From positions 78,058,001 through 78,122,000 of the forward strand of contig OX597823.1 in NCBI GenBank assembly GCA_951406725.2: DNA of 64,000 nt, in the 5' to 3' direction. Below the pieces are notes generated by a model. That model searched no databases, was not told the DNA's origin, and saw only the letters and a program-made list of their open reading frames with translations. Position numbers and translations under genes: made by a program. This document shows, piece after piece, positions 52,347 to 64,000 of the stretch (position 1 is its first letter; each line of letters begins with the position of its first letter). The stretch is from Octopus vulgaris. Taxonomy: Eukaryota.

Positions 52347-53832
52347 TTTTGTAAACAACTTTTATTCATAATATTGCATCAGATGTACTGTAGCTTTGAG
52401 TTGACCAATGCCTTGTGAGTGACTTTGGTGAAGAAAAACTAGAGAGTGGTTTACTTTTTACTAAGAACTACTTCTATATTTCTTGCTACACTTTTGTACT
52501 TGTTTTGCAAGGATCTTGACATGAATTCATGTGTTGAAACAAATTTTGTCGTGCCTTGTTGCGATGAAATGATTGTGACTACAAACAAACAAGTGATCAG
52601 TTGTTTAACCATCATATTAATCAAGCAATCAATTTATTAATTAGTTAGATATTTAACCTATTTACTAACAATAAAGAAGTTAACCTGAACCTGTGCATAT
52701 GTTACTCCTGTATTTGTCTCACTGAAAGATGACATCAGTATTACTCCATCCAAGGACACACGTTCGCTGTTACTTTGGTTAATTTTCCTCCTAATTAACA
52801 ATATTATAGCATTTCCTGTTACATTCCATAGTTGCTAATTATTTTCATTTTCACTATTTACTCATAGGATGGATTTTCATTGACTAACACATTCAAAGGT
52901 CTTTTCATTTTCTGATTCAGCTATTTTCTTATACCCATAATTTAGAATTTGTTCATAAACTCTATTAACAAGCAGCACTGCCTCCCTTTAAGACATAATG
53001 AATTCTATTGTAGCCTGAAACTATTTATCTTTAGTATCATTTTGTGGTTCATTTTATCCAGTTAATACTGACCAGTCCATGCTTGATCTGTTATTAATAT
53101 CTGTTATGTATAGAATGTTGTTAGTTTCCTCTAATGGAAGTTTTTGCTATCATAGTCTTTCCGTCAGTATCTGAACAATGAATACATCACAGATAACATT
53201 CATCTTTAGAAGGTAATGGTTTTGTCTCATGTCACACATGATTGTCTTTAGGCCATGTAAGTATCACATATCCTCAGTTTTACTAAAACGAAGATCGTCT
53301 TTATTTCATGGAAATATCTGACAACAAATCAATCATATTTCTTTTGTGTGTAATGGAAATATATATATATATAATATGTCAGACATTATAATCTTACAAA
53401 ATGATGGTGTAGAGTATCACTGACATTTTCATCTGTAGACATCAAGTACAAAAAAAGCAATTGTTAACTTTGCATTGTTCGGTTGATATTCTGTATACGT
53501 AGAGTACAAAACTTCTAATGGTCATACCAGGTAAAATTCTATTTTTCAAAAGATAATGCTCTTTTCAACTACTTCCAAACAATCCAAACACTTGCTGTTA
53601 TAATGTTATCCTAAGTTTCACCTTAAAGTATTCTTCTGTACTAAATCATTATTTTGTGTTAATAACACTAAATTACCTTTACAAAAATGGAAATGTCCTT
53701 TTACTTATCAGGAAATTCATCCAATTTATATTCTTTCTTTTTATTAAATAAAATGAGTTTCTTTGTCATTATGCATGTGTATGTGTGTGTGCATATCATA
53801 GATGTATATATGTATGTACGTAAGTATGTATG

Positions 53833-54686
53833 TCATTGTTCTGTTTTATTTCAAGATTTCTTGCCAATAGAGAAAGAGACAGTTTCTAACCTAGATTGAA
53901 GGCTCCTTCATTGGAATTTTAACATCAATAACAGGGTATTTTTGTTTGTATGTATCTGTATCTGCAGATTTTTATGCATTGCTTTATGTATGTATTTTCA
54001 TGCATATAGTTGCATATCTAGACATACTCATATATATTTAAATGATAAACTTCTGGAATGTTTTACAGATTTTTACAGTTCCAGTGATGGACTGGATCTT
54101 CGAATCAGCTTTCTCCTTTCTGGTTTTGAGAAGCCTACTTTCTCAAGATTGGTATTTAGGCAATGTGTTACATATCCCAGGACCCCAATAATTACAGGTA
54201 TAAACCTGATCATATTATCTGGATAGGCTAACTTCAGATTTCTCAATAGTTCAGCATAGGTGTTCCCTTTTTCACTGATCTTCAGCTTTATGTTAACATC
54301 TGCTGGGTAGATAATTTTCACAACTATGCATAGTTCCTCTTCTCCATCCCAAATCATTATATCAGATCTGTTGGGTTTATATTTTATTGAGGTCTTCACT
54401 AGGACATTCCACCAGTACTCCTTGTTATTATGAGTGGCTATGGCTTCTACCAAACTGTGGTTCTTATTTCTTTGTCCTCAGGGTTATCCCTCCAACAGAT
54501 TTCATTATAGAGTGTTCTAGCTACAACATAATGTTTGCCACTTTGGTAGATAATACTGCAATGACATTTTTCAGACAACTGCTTATGATGTGGGTGATAT
54601 CTTCCTGTGAACTCCACAAAGTCTTCATCAGTTGTCACATTTTACTGCTTTTCCTGTATCTCTATCCCTATTGTACATCAAATACC
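53833..54686 (-). mobile_element. 5'-truncated R4/Dong-like RLE non-LTR retrotransposon
   Basis: With frameshifts, the minus strand gives the CCHC knuckle remnant (*RLC...EDITHIISSC...HYVVARTLYNEI), then WWNV...NRSDIMIWD (PD-type motif), EKGNTYAEL, FIPVIIGVLG and the C-terminus IQSITGTVKICKTFQKFII* (stop 54038-54040), followed by 3' UTR. (TATG)n lies on both flanks. Confidence 0.88.
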
Positions 54687-55019
54687 ATGTATGTATGTAT
54701 CTATGTGTGTATGTAAGTATGTATGTATGAATGTACATAGTGTACATATGTATGTATCTATGTATGTATGAATGCATTTGCCAGAAGATTTCAAATGCTA
54801 GATTTTAGAATGTGATTCTTCATGCGTGGGTTTTACAACTGATTTATGAGAATTTCTTAGAAACCATATTACAAAATATGTTTTCTTAAAACAGTCTCAC
54901 CAGTTATTTTATCCGTTGTTCATTGTCAGTACATGTGCACTTAATATTTCTTTGAATTTTAAAATTCTTAAAATGCATGTTTGTTGATTTATGAAAGAAA
55001 TATTTGAGGCAGTCAGCCA

Positions 55020-55633
55020 TTAAAACTTTCGGCATTTAAATTAACCATATCCAGCCCAAATATTATACCTGCTTCATGTCCAAACTGGCCATATCCAGCA
55101 TCTGGCACCCACCCTACAATGTAATTCTAAAAATATACAGTCACATCACTGAAATCTCAAAACTACAAGATAATGCATAACTAATTCAAAATAATGTGAG
55201 GCTTCCCAACCACATGGTTTTGGGTTCAGTCCCACTGCGTGGCACTTTGGGCAAGTGTCTTCTATTATATTCTCAGGCCAACCAAACCTTGTGAGTGGAT
55301 TTAGTAGACGGAAACTGAAAGAAGCCTCATGTGTACAGACACACACATACACACACACACAACTACACATACACACACATATATACATTTATATGTTTGT
55401 ATGTCTTTGTCTCTGGGTTTTCCCTGTAACTTAGCCTTTTGGCAAAATAGACCAAAAGAATAAGTTCTAGGCTTATGAAGAATAAGTCCAAGTCCTAGGA
55501 TCAATTTCTCTGACCAAAACCCTTTAAGACAGTGTTCCAGCATAGTTGCAGTCAAACAACTGAAATATGTAAAAGAATAAAAGAAGAAATAGATATTACA
55601 TTTGAGAAAGTAATCTGAATGCCAAACAGTTAA
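55020..55633 (+). mobile_element. piggyBac-like MITE interrupted by a SINE-A copy
   Basis: TTAA at both ends with degenerate TIR (TTAAAACTTTCGGCATT / AATGCCAAACAGTTAA). An uninterrupted homologue lies at 55938-56155. Confidence 0.6.
55200..55587 (+). mobile_element. 5'-truncated SINE-A inside a MITE
   Basis: GCTTCCCAACCACATGGTTTTGGGTTCAGTCCCACTG...GTAAAAGAATAAAAG. Confidence 0.85.
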
Positions 55634-55872
55634 ACTGTAAAGTTGAATTTCATGGTAATTCTAGTAATGATACTAAATATCTTGCAAAAAACAGAATTGG
55701 TTATTTTCTGCAAATCACTTTGCTTCAATAAACTTGACATGCCTCAAGAAAAAACAGTCCCAAACAGGACATTCCTCTACAAAAGATAGATTGGTATATA
55801 AAACTACTTTCCACAGTTAAGGGTAATGAAGTTTTAAGTGGCTATTTCTGATTTGCACAGTAATAGAGTTAA
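55630..55872 (+). mobile_element. TTAA-bounded MITE-like repeat (another family)
   Basis: Shares AAACTTGACAT, TTCCACA.TTAAGGGTAAT and GCTATTTCTGATTT blocks with ~4200-4408; ends GAGTTAA (GGGTTAC in the other copy). Confidence 0.45.
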
Positions 55873-55937
55873 GACCACACAATTTGAGGAGGGGAGATAA
55901 TTGCCTGAATCAAGAATTCTATTACACTCGCATGCCA

Positions 55938-56155
55938 TTAAACATTAATTTAAACTGGCCATGTTCAGCCCAAATGTTCTTGTTTTATGTTCAAACTATC
56001 CAGGTATGACCTGTTGCATTTACCCTATAACATCATTCTAGAAATAAGCAATTACATCATCAAAATCTCAAAGCTATGAAATAATGTGAGATTAATTCAA
56101 AACAATGTGAATAAGTATCACAATAACCAGAGTGATCTGAATGGCAAATGGTTAA
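55938..56155 (+). mobile_element. piggyBac-like MITE, second copy
   Basis: Colinear with 55020-55199 plus 55588-55633; ends GAATGGCAAATGGTTAA. Confidence 0.55.
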
Positions 56156-57407
56156 GAAAAATGAAAGGCTTAGTGATTTGAATCAGTTTTTATGTGAATG
56201 TGATTTGAACTTATGAGACAATTAGTGTTCCAGTTGGCCTACTTTTGATTCTTGATTAGCACCAATCCAACTAAAGTTCCTGAGAAAAGAATAAAGATTG
56301 CTTAATATTATTTCCCTTATCTTATAAATTTGTCACATTATGCCTAAGTAAGAAATCAATATTGATTTAAAATCACCTCCATGTCAAGGATATTCATTAG
56401 AAATTAGTGTAATTTCCAGAATCTGCTACAGTAATTTTTTTTTTCTTTCTATTTTTCAAATATTTTATCTTCTTTTTGTTTTGAGGTAGTACTTTATTTT
56501 ATGAACTATTTCTATTGTTAAATTGAAAAATGATTTAGATTTGTCTGTTTCTGTTATATTTTCTATGATTTTCTATGGTAAGTTTCTCTTTCTCATACCT
56601 ATTCTGTATATTTGTCTTTGCCTTCCTGAAATAAAAAGCTAGTTTGAGGTTTAGCATTGTAATAAATTTGTTTTTTAATTTTAGACAAATTCCATAGTTT
56701 ATTGAGATGCAATTCTCTGTAGAGAACTATCTCTCTTTGAGGAGATTTCATTAGCAGTATTTATTAATTGAGTAATCATTGTATGAATTCTAAATAAATA
56801 GATTTCATGTTCTTTAACATGTCATTGACTACACATTTTCAACTGAGAATTTTTGCTTTTATTTGAATAACACCAAAGCACTAACAATAGGTGTAAAACA
56901 CTCAGAAATATAAAGATGAAATAATCATCTTTAAAACTGAAGTTAATTAAAACTTCTCTAGTAATAATCTGAATTAACTACAAAAGTGACTTGGCACTTC
57001 TTTTGTCAACTTCCAAATTAGTTAGCAGCACTGATATAATCATCTACGTTTCCAGTTATTCTTATTTTCTAACTCAAGCTCTTTTACATTATATTATGAA
57101 CTATATAAGATTTCTATCAGTGGATTATAATAGAAAACAAAAAATATATGGATCTTTTTACTTCTGTCTTCTGTCAGTGTTATTGAGATGTTCTGAGAAA
57201 AATGAGAACCTAATAAATTATGTAAGTAATTATATAGAAGAAAAAATATCTACTTCAATTTATTTGCTTTATTGAAGTAACTGGTTGTCCCAACCATAGG
57301 GTCATAGGGTCGATCATACTAGCATGTCAGTAGCTGTGAAAATTATATCTAACATTAAATTTGAACTATTGAAGGATAGTATTAGATGAATAGAAATATG
57401 CGAACAT

Positions 57408-57795
57408 AGGCACAGGAGTAGCTGTGTGGTAAGTACTTTGCTTACCAACCACATGGTTCCAAGTTCAGTCCCACTATGTGGCACCTTGGGCAAGTGTCTT
57501 CTATTATAGCCTTGGGCCGACCAAAGCCTTGTGAGACTGAAAAAAGCCTGTCGTATATATGTACATGTGTATATATATGTGTGTGTTTGTGTGTCTGTGT
57601 TTGTTACCCCAACATCGCTTGACAACCGTTGCTGGTGTGTTTACATCCCTGTAACTTAGTGATTCAGCAAAAGAGATTGATAAAATAAGTACTAGGCTTA
57701 CAAAGAATAAATCCTGGGGTTGATTTGCTCGACTAAAGGCAGTGCTCCAGCATGTCAACAGTCAAATGACTGAAACAAATAAAAGAGTAAAAGAG
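57408..57795 (+). mobile_element. SINE-A
   Basis: Full family A architecture. Confidence 0.92.
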
Positions 57796-58116
57796 ATAAA
57801 GACCAAATTTCAAACAAGCACCTTCTCAGGATTTGTCACCACCATGAGTGTTTTAACATCCACTTTTCCATTCTTGTATGGGCCAAATAGAACTTCATGA
57901 GCGCATTGTCTATGGTTGAATGCCCTCTCTGTCACCAAGCCTTACCTGTTTCTAAATAAGGTAATACTTCCCATAATCAGATATATCTTCATGGGAGATT
58001 GGAAATGATGGACATTGCTCAAATTGCAATATAGTGGGATGGAAATTCACCACAGTCTATATATTCAGCTGTAACACCAGTGATGCAACCACATATATGT
58101 ATATGTGTGTATATAT

Positions 58117-58524
58117 TACTCTTTTACTCTTTTACTTGTTTCAGTCATTTGACTGCGGCCATGCTGGAGCACCGCCTTTAGTCGAGCAAATCGACCCCGG
58201 GACTTATTCTTTGTAAGCCCAGTACTTATTCTATCGGTCTCTTTTGCTGAACCGCTAAGTGACGGGGACATAAACACACCAGCATCGGTTGTCAAGCAAT
58301 GCTAGGGGGACAAACACAGACACACAAACACACACACATATACATATATATACATATATACGACAGGCTTCTTCCAGTTTCTGTCTACCAAATCCACTCA
58401 CAAGGCATTGGTCGGCCTGGGGCTATAGCAGAAGACACTTGCCCAAGATGCCACGCAGTGGGACTGAACCCGGAACCATGTGGTTGGTTAGCAAGCTACT
58501 TACCACACAGCCACTCCTGCACCT
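58117..58524 (-). mobile_element. SINE-A (young-looking, CpGs retained)
   Basis: Full family A architecture, inverted relative to 57408-57795. Confidence 0.92.
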
Positions 58525-58560
58525 ATATATATACACATATATATATTGTTTTTTTCATAA

Positions 58561-58775
58561 TGTAACTATATGTGAATCGTTGGTGATCTTTTTCCTCCAT
58601 CTTCCTCTTCTCCTGGACTTTGCTCTATCTCCTGTTTCTGCAGAAGAGCTTTGTTCAAAACGCAAAACTAAATTTCTTTCCTTCCCTGGGTGTCTGTTAA
58701 TACTTTGCATGTACCACATCCTCACATTGTTGCTTTTTTCTTGTAGTGTCTTTTCTTCATTTTGGGGGCATTAAT

Positions 58776-58776
<1 letters not shown>
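58561..58776 (+). mobile_element. Penelope-like repeat P2, second copy
   Basis: GTTT-CTGCAGA-AGAGC-TTT-GTTC-AAAA-CGCA-AAAC at 58634-58668; colinear with 27003-27211. Confidence 0.55.
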
Positions 58777-58826
<50 letters not shown>

Positions 58827-59234
58827 GTATACATACATATAGATATACATATATATATATATATATATACGCACACACTCTCTCTTTCTCTCACACATAT
58901 ACATGTGTATATATATATGTGTTTGTGAGTGTGCATAGTGTCCTAGCTTTATCAAGCAAAATTTAATAAGTTGTAAATGTAACATCTGCATGCTGGTCAT
59001 AAATACATTTGTTAGCATTTAACATCATCTTCAGCTTTTATTCACCAGTGGGTTTTCATTAACACATAACCTTTAATATACATACATACATATATATATA
59101 TTGATATATTTACACACACATATACACTAACATATATGAACACACACACCCACACACACACACACACATATATATGTGTGTGTATATATATATATTTTTT
59201 TTAACATATATATTTATATATATATACATATATT

Positions 59235-59287
<53 letters not shown>

Positions 59288-61489
59288 GTATTTATATATT
59301 TATATATATATGTGTGTGTGTATGTGTGTGTGTTGGAAAGTGAAGTAAATGTCTTCATTAATATTAACCGAACATCTGGTAGGAATTGTTAGTTATAGAA
59401 AGGAAACAAACAAAAATACCATTTTTGAAGAAAGAAAAGTAAGAAATGGAGCATTGTCTGATGGGAATTGATAGGGTAATGTTTAAGGTTAGAGGTGGTT
59501 GATAAAAGAAATGGTTTCATTAAAAGCGGAGTCAATATCTATGCAGGTGTATACATAGTGTATCAACAGTGAGATCTTTTAGTCCATTGTATTTAGCTTT
59601 AGGTGGCAATTTAGCAGAGTCATTAATAGATTGGATAGAATTCTTTCTCATATTTATTTTGACTCTCTAAGTTCTGAGTTCAAATCCCGCTGGAAACATC
59701 AACTTTGCTTTCATCCTTTTTATACGAATAATAAAGAGTCAATCAAATGCCGTGGGTTGGCTAGACTATAAATATGTTCAAAAAGATGCTTAGCAGTATT
59801 TCTTCTTGTTCTTTACGATTCAAGCTCAGATCACAGCAAGGCCCATTTGAGTGGTAGTCAATATCTGCTGTCCAGCTTAACACCACTATCTGGCACTTTG
59901 AGTGCTTTTCGCAGAATGCCCTGTCAAAAACATCCCGACTTAGTCTCCACTTTGAGGATATCTTTATCTCACCTGTCTTGCAACCTCTGTAAATGGTCAT
60001 GAGCATTGCTTGCTTGCTTCCTTTCAGGAGAGCATGTGCATATCATATTAAAAGAAAAGCTCTGTATTAGAATCAATGGGAGAGAGGAGTTTATGCAGCA
60101 GAGCAGTAGATTATTGAGCTTCACATTTAGTTTTATACCTCTGAATTTGAGTTTAAATTCCTCTGGGTGATTGCGCATCAGTAGAGTACATAAAACAATT
60201 ACCAGTCGTACATCATAGTCGATTCTGTTGCCTGTTTTTTCCCTTCTTTGCAACAACTTTTGACCTAGTACTTAGCCAAGATAAATCAATATAAACAGCA
60301 AAATTCTTGGTTTTGGCTATGATTTTCCAAAGTTTGCAATCAGTAATGTGTCATGTATAAAAGAAGGTCACTAGCAGATTTGGCATTTTGGAATCCATAT
60401 CAGAAATCACTGCAAAGTGGGTGATTCATGGCATTAAAGAAGATAATCGTTAATAATAATTTTCTTTACTGTAGAAATGTTGGAGGCAGAATGTGTCAGA
60501 ATGGTCTCCTATCTTCTAGATTAATTATTCCTTGATTTTTATGATATTAAATTTCCTATTTTATAATAATGAGAGACCCCCAAGTATATCCTTGCCTGAT
60601 ATTTCTGATATAAATTGCCAATTTTATTGAATACCTTAAACCGTTTGCAGCAATATATAATGTTTGAAAGGAAACTATAAATGAATCATAAAGTTGTTTA
60701 TGCTTGTGTCTTTATATGTGATTATAGTGAAAAGGAAACATCAGATTTAACAATTTCAATTCCATGGGGATTATTTGTTGTAAAATCAATATATTTATTA
60801 CAGGTTATCAAGTGAAATGTCAGAAAATATCAATAGAAGCATTCTTTTAGTTTTACTTAATATAGTCTCAGCTATAATAAACAAAATAGTTATGTTGAGC
60901 TTTCTTTTCATTTTTTTTTTCTCTCTCATGTTTATATGTAATTTTTAAAAATATCTGCTTCAGAAGAAGAAACATAAGGAACGTCTCAAATTTATGACCA
61001 AACAAAATCTAGCAAAGTTTGAAAATTATATAGAAACTGACATAAATTTTTTTTGTTTTTTCCTTTTATTGTTACCGCAAAGATTTGTTTTTGCTTTTGT
61101 TTTTTGATAAATATATTTTGCAAACTCACATATAATAAGTGGTTTATAAATTGGCATTTTTAGTTGTATTTCACTGTTGTTGTTTATTAAAGTTTACAGA
61201 TATCATATTCTGCTCCCATTATGTTGTAAATCCATTCCTCTGCTTTAGATATCTAGCAGTCTTTTATATTTCTGCTGTGATCAATGTGTAATAGAAAAGA
61301 TAGAGAATAGATTGTGTTAGTTCCATCCAGATACAATATTAGAATTAGTATTGAAAATCATGCATGACATATTCAGCATTGGCAGAAATTCTGTGAACTG
61401 TAATGAAACTGTGAACTGAAGGATAGACCCATATTCATATTGGTAAAGAAGCTTCGATGCCATAATCTATGGTAAGCCTTCCGAATATC

Positions 61490-61860
61490 TCGGGGTCATA
61501 GACCATTTGCAATTGATATATAAGTAAAGGGCCACTGGAAAATAGTAAGGAAAGAGATTCTAGTTGTTTGACGAGGTTAATAATAGTTTCTATCTGCTTA
61601 GATATGTTTAAAATCAAAGAATTTGATAGCAAGATGGTGGGTGAAAGGTTATATTTTTCTGAAGGTAAACAGGTCACAGAGTTCTATTTTCCAACATTTC
61701 CGGAGAGATATTTGTGAACAGAGCAGCGAAAAATTAAAAGAGTTTGCAAATGGCTGGGAATAGGTCATAGATGTAATGTTTGATGGTTGTCTACCCGATT
61801 CCAAATGGATTAGCAGATTTATTAGTTTTGAAGAAGTTGGTTTTCTGAGCATTGTATTGA
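61490..61860 (-). mobile_element. Highly degraded APE-type LINE reverse transcriptase N-terminal fragment
   Basis: Across frames: KSANPFGI (cf. KSAGPDGI), FNFSL...KCWK, ILLSN...ISKQIETIINLVKQLES (cf. RPISLLS.ISK.ME.II). Confidence 0.5.
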
Positions 61861-62772
61861 GAGTTTGGGCATAGTATCAGGATAGCAATTATAAAGATGA
61901 TTTTATGGTTCTTTATGAGAAGTTAGACATAAAAATATTAGGTAACATCTGTAAGTTTGGTGTTTGCAGTATTTCTATTCAATTAGGATTGGAAGCATTA
62001 CAAACTACCAAGCATTATAAGGTTATATTATTAGAAGAAAAGGATATTCACAGAAGTTATAAGAAATTGGATTTTACAACTGGATATTTGGACATCAGAA
62101 TCCAAACGTGTATTATTGTTGTTGGAACATTACATCAGACAGTTTTTCCTTATCATTTTCTCTTCGCTAATATAACACTGAAGCATGGCATACTATTCCA
62201 ATTAAGTTAGTTACATATATAAAGCTTGAAAGATTTTTTTTATTATCTCTTAGAATATAAACTGATATTTATAACCTGGCAAGTTTTATGCTTATGTTTT
62301 CAGCTCTTTGAGTAGAAGAAAACAAGGTTTTCATTCTCTATAACGTTCCTACACTAATTAACTCTGTATTCGAAGAATTCTGATAATCAAATGTCACAGT
62401 TTCTTTAGAATTAAAAAAATCTGATATGTGATACAGTCTCTCAGCTGCAACATATTCTTCAATTATTCACGAATGCACACCATAATAATCCAAGTCCCTG
62501 AAGTTTAATTAAGCTATTCATCAATAGTTTTTATTCATATTCTGTTGCAAAATAACATCTAAATCCATGCAATGTTATTCATATATTAAGGGTAGAGAAT
62601 TTGCAGCATCATTAAACCATCATCCAAAATACCTTGTGGTGTTAAAATCCTGCTCATGTTGACTTTACCATTCACTCTTCTGTTAAGAAAAGTACTTGTC
62701 AAATATTGGATGGTGGGGGTGTGATAGTATTACCTTTACCATCCTGCCAAACCCCTCTAATAACAAAAGAAG

Positions 62773-63900
62773 AGACATGGATTAGTGGTCAGGGTGTTGC
62801 ACTCTTAAAAGCAAGGTCATGGTTTTTATATCCTTCTATGCAGATGTCATGAAGTGGGGATAGACACAACTGTCTTCACACAAAGTACTTCAAATTACTT
62901 CACTAAACATGATTCTCCAATAAATACAAACTCCTAATGATCTCAATGGCTTTCTACAATTTCCCCGTCTCAACCAATATGCTACTCTTTATAAGAGTTC
63001 AGCTAGTCTATTCTTCTAATCCCACAGGTGTGTCAATGACTTTTGTCACAATATCTCCCTCTTTGAGATTTACTTCCTAGGAAAGTTTAATATTTCTTTC
63101 GTTTAGGTATGACTTCCAACCATTCTGTTTGTTTCCTCTTTCTTGTGCTGCTATGCCTAGGGTTAAATTCTTGTGACGTTGGAACATCAAAGGTATTGTA
63201 GAGCACTTCCATGGGTATCTCTTCTCTTTTTTCTGTATATTTATTTTTTAGCTGGTTTAAATGTCTTTTGTGTTCCCAATTTTCACCTCTTTTGCCTATT
63301 CATTTTTTTACTACCCCATCTTCCGAACCGTCTCTTCACTTTTATGTATTTTGAAAAATACCTTGACAACCAATATTAGAATATTTTGTCATATTTTTAG
63401 TGTTTTCTTACTAGTAACAGCTTGTCAAAAATTGACTTTATTTTTTGAGCAAGCATTAGTTCTGCAGGCGACGTGCCTGAACAAGTGTTTGGGTTTGGTG
63501 TTATTCAATAAATCTTCAAATTACTCCACTAAACATGTTACTTCTCTTAATACAAACTCTCAACGATTTCAACAACTTCCTACAGCTTCCTTGAACTCTC
63601 TACAACTCCAACGACTTCCCCTATCTCAACCAATATGTTACTCTTTATAAGAGTTTTAGTTCATTCTTCCAATCCCACAGGGTGTCAATGACTCTTGCCA
63701 CAACATGGTTTCAAGTCACAAACAAGGCAGTGCATTGTGTTCTTGTGCAAAATATTTCATTTCACATTGCTCCAGTCCACTCAACTGTAAATGTGTAAAC
63801 GTGTGATAGACTGGTTCCTATTCAGAGGAAATATTGTGATATTGGTTACTTTTATGCCATGGAAACTGTGCAACCAGCCCTATGGGCCTGAGGACTGGTG
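62773..63900 (+). mobile_element. CORE-type SINE split by the Gypsy insertion (pieces 62773-62823 and 63706-~63900)
   Basis: Head ACATGGATTAGTGGTCAGGGTGTTG...GTCATGGT continues after the LTR as TGGTTTCAAGTC...TTGTGTTCTTGTGCAAAATATTTCATTTCACATTGCTCCAGTCCACTCAACTG. Confidence 0.75.
62824..63705 (-). mobile_element. Internally deleted Gypsy LTR retrotransposon (two LTRs plus integrase C-terminus)
   Basis: Direct repeats 63514-63705 and ~62888-63053 begin TGTTGTG/TATTGTG on the minus strand. Polypurine tract AAAGAGGGAGA (63054-63064) abuts the 3' LTR. The internal minus-strand remnant, with frameshifts, reads Y*ITPNPNTCSGTSPAELMLAQKIKSIFDKLL...HKRHLNQLKNKY...EEIPMEVLYNTFDVP...KRKKY*. A TGGT(T) TSD lies on both sides. 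Confidence 0.85.
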
Positions 63901-64000
63901 ACAGTAATGTCTAGGGGTTGTTGTTGATGATGATGACACTATCCAATAATAAATGGCCTTGTGCCAATGGTAAGAATTAATTTGATTGCTACTTAGGTAA

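Noticed and set aside
8623-58774. Recurrent ORFs with YQIHSQG...EDTCPRCHAVGLNPEPCG or LPNPLTRLWSARGYSRRHLPKVP
   Set aside because: They are antisense translations of SINE-A copies, not a protein family.
2445-59392. Many Y/I/C/V/H/T-rich ORFs in the ORF track (e.g. 3528-4261, 13294-13785, 35956-36904)
   Set aside because: They are translations of TA/TG/CA microsatellites, which lack stops in several frames.
59761-60256. Two overlapping minus-strand ORFs in moderately GC-rich sequence
   Set aside because: No recognisable domain or splice structure; possibly an old TE, but I cannot support a call.

Overview
AT-rich, repeat-dense eukaryotic genomic DNA, almost certainly an octopus (Octopus sp.). 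This rests on a mitochondrial cox1 pseudogene with an octopod-like sequence and on the SINE families present. The window appears to lie inside one large + strand gene. A single 248-bp coding exon (51453-51700) encodes the C-terminal half of a CUB domain resembling SOL-1 (suppressor of lurcher, an ionotropic glutamate receptor auxiliary subunit), with >51 kb and >12 kb of apparent intron on either side. The intronic DNA contains: about four SINE families with many nested insertions; remnants of CR1, RTE, R4/Dong and HERO non-LTR elements; a deleted Gypsy LTR element, a deleted mariner, a Helitron, a Helentron-associated element and piggyBac-like MITEs; Penelope-type repeats carrying minimal hammerhead ribozyme motifs; a cox1 NUMT split by a SINE; and many microsatellites. 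No prokaryotic features, CRISPR arrays or true tRNA/rRNA genes are seen. Nearly all ORFs in the supplied track are microsatellite or SINE artefacts. Family assignments come from motif recognition by eye, not database searches, and repeat boundaries are approximate unless a TSD or terminus is quoted.
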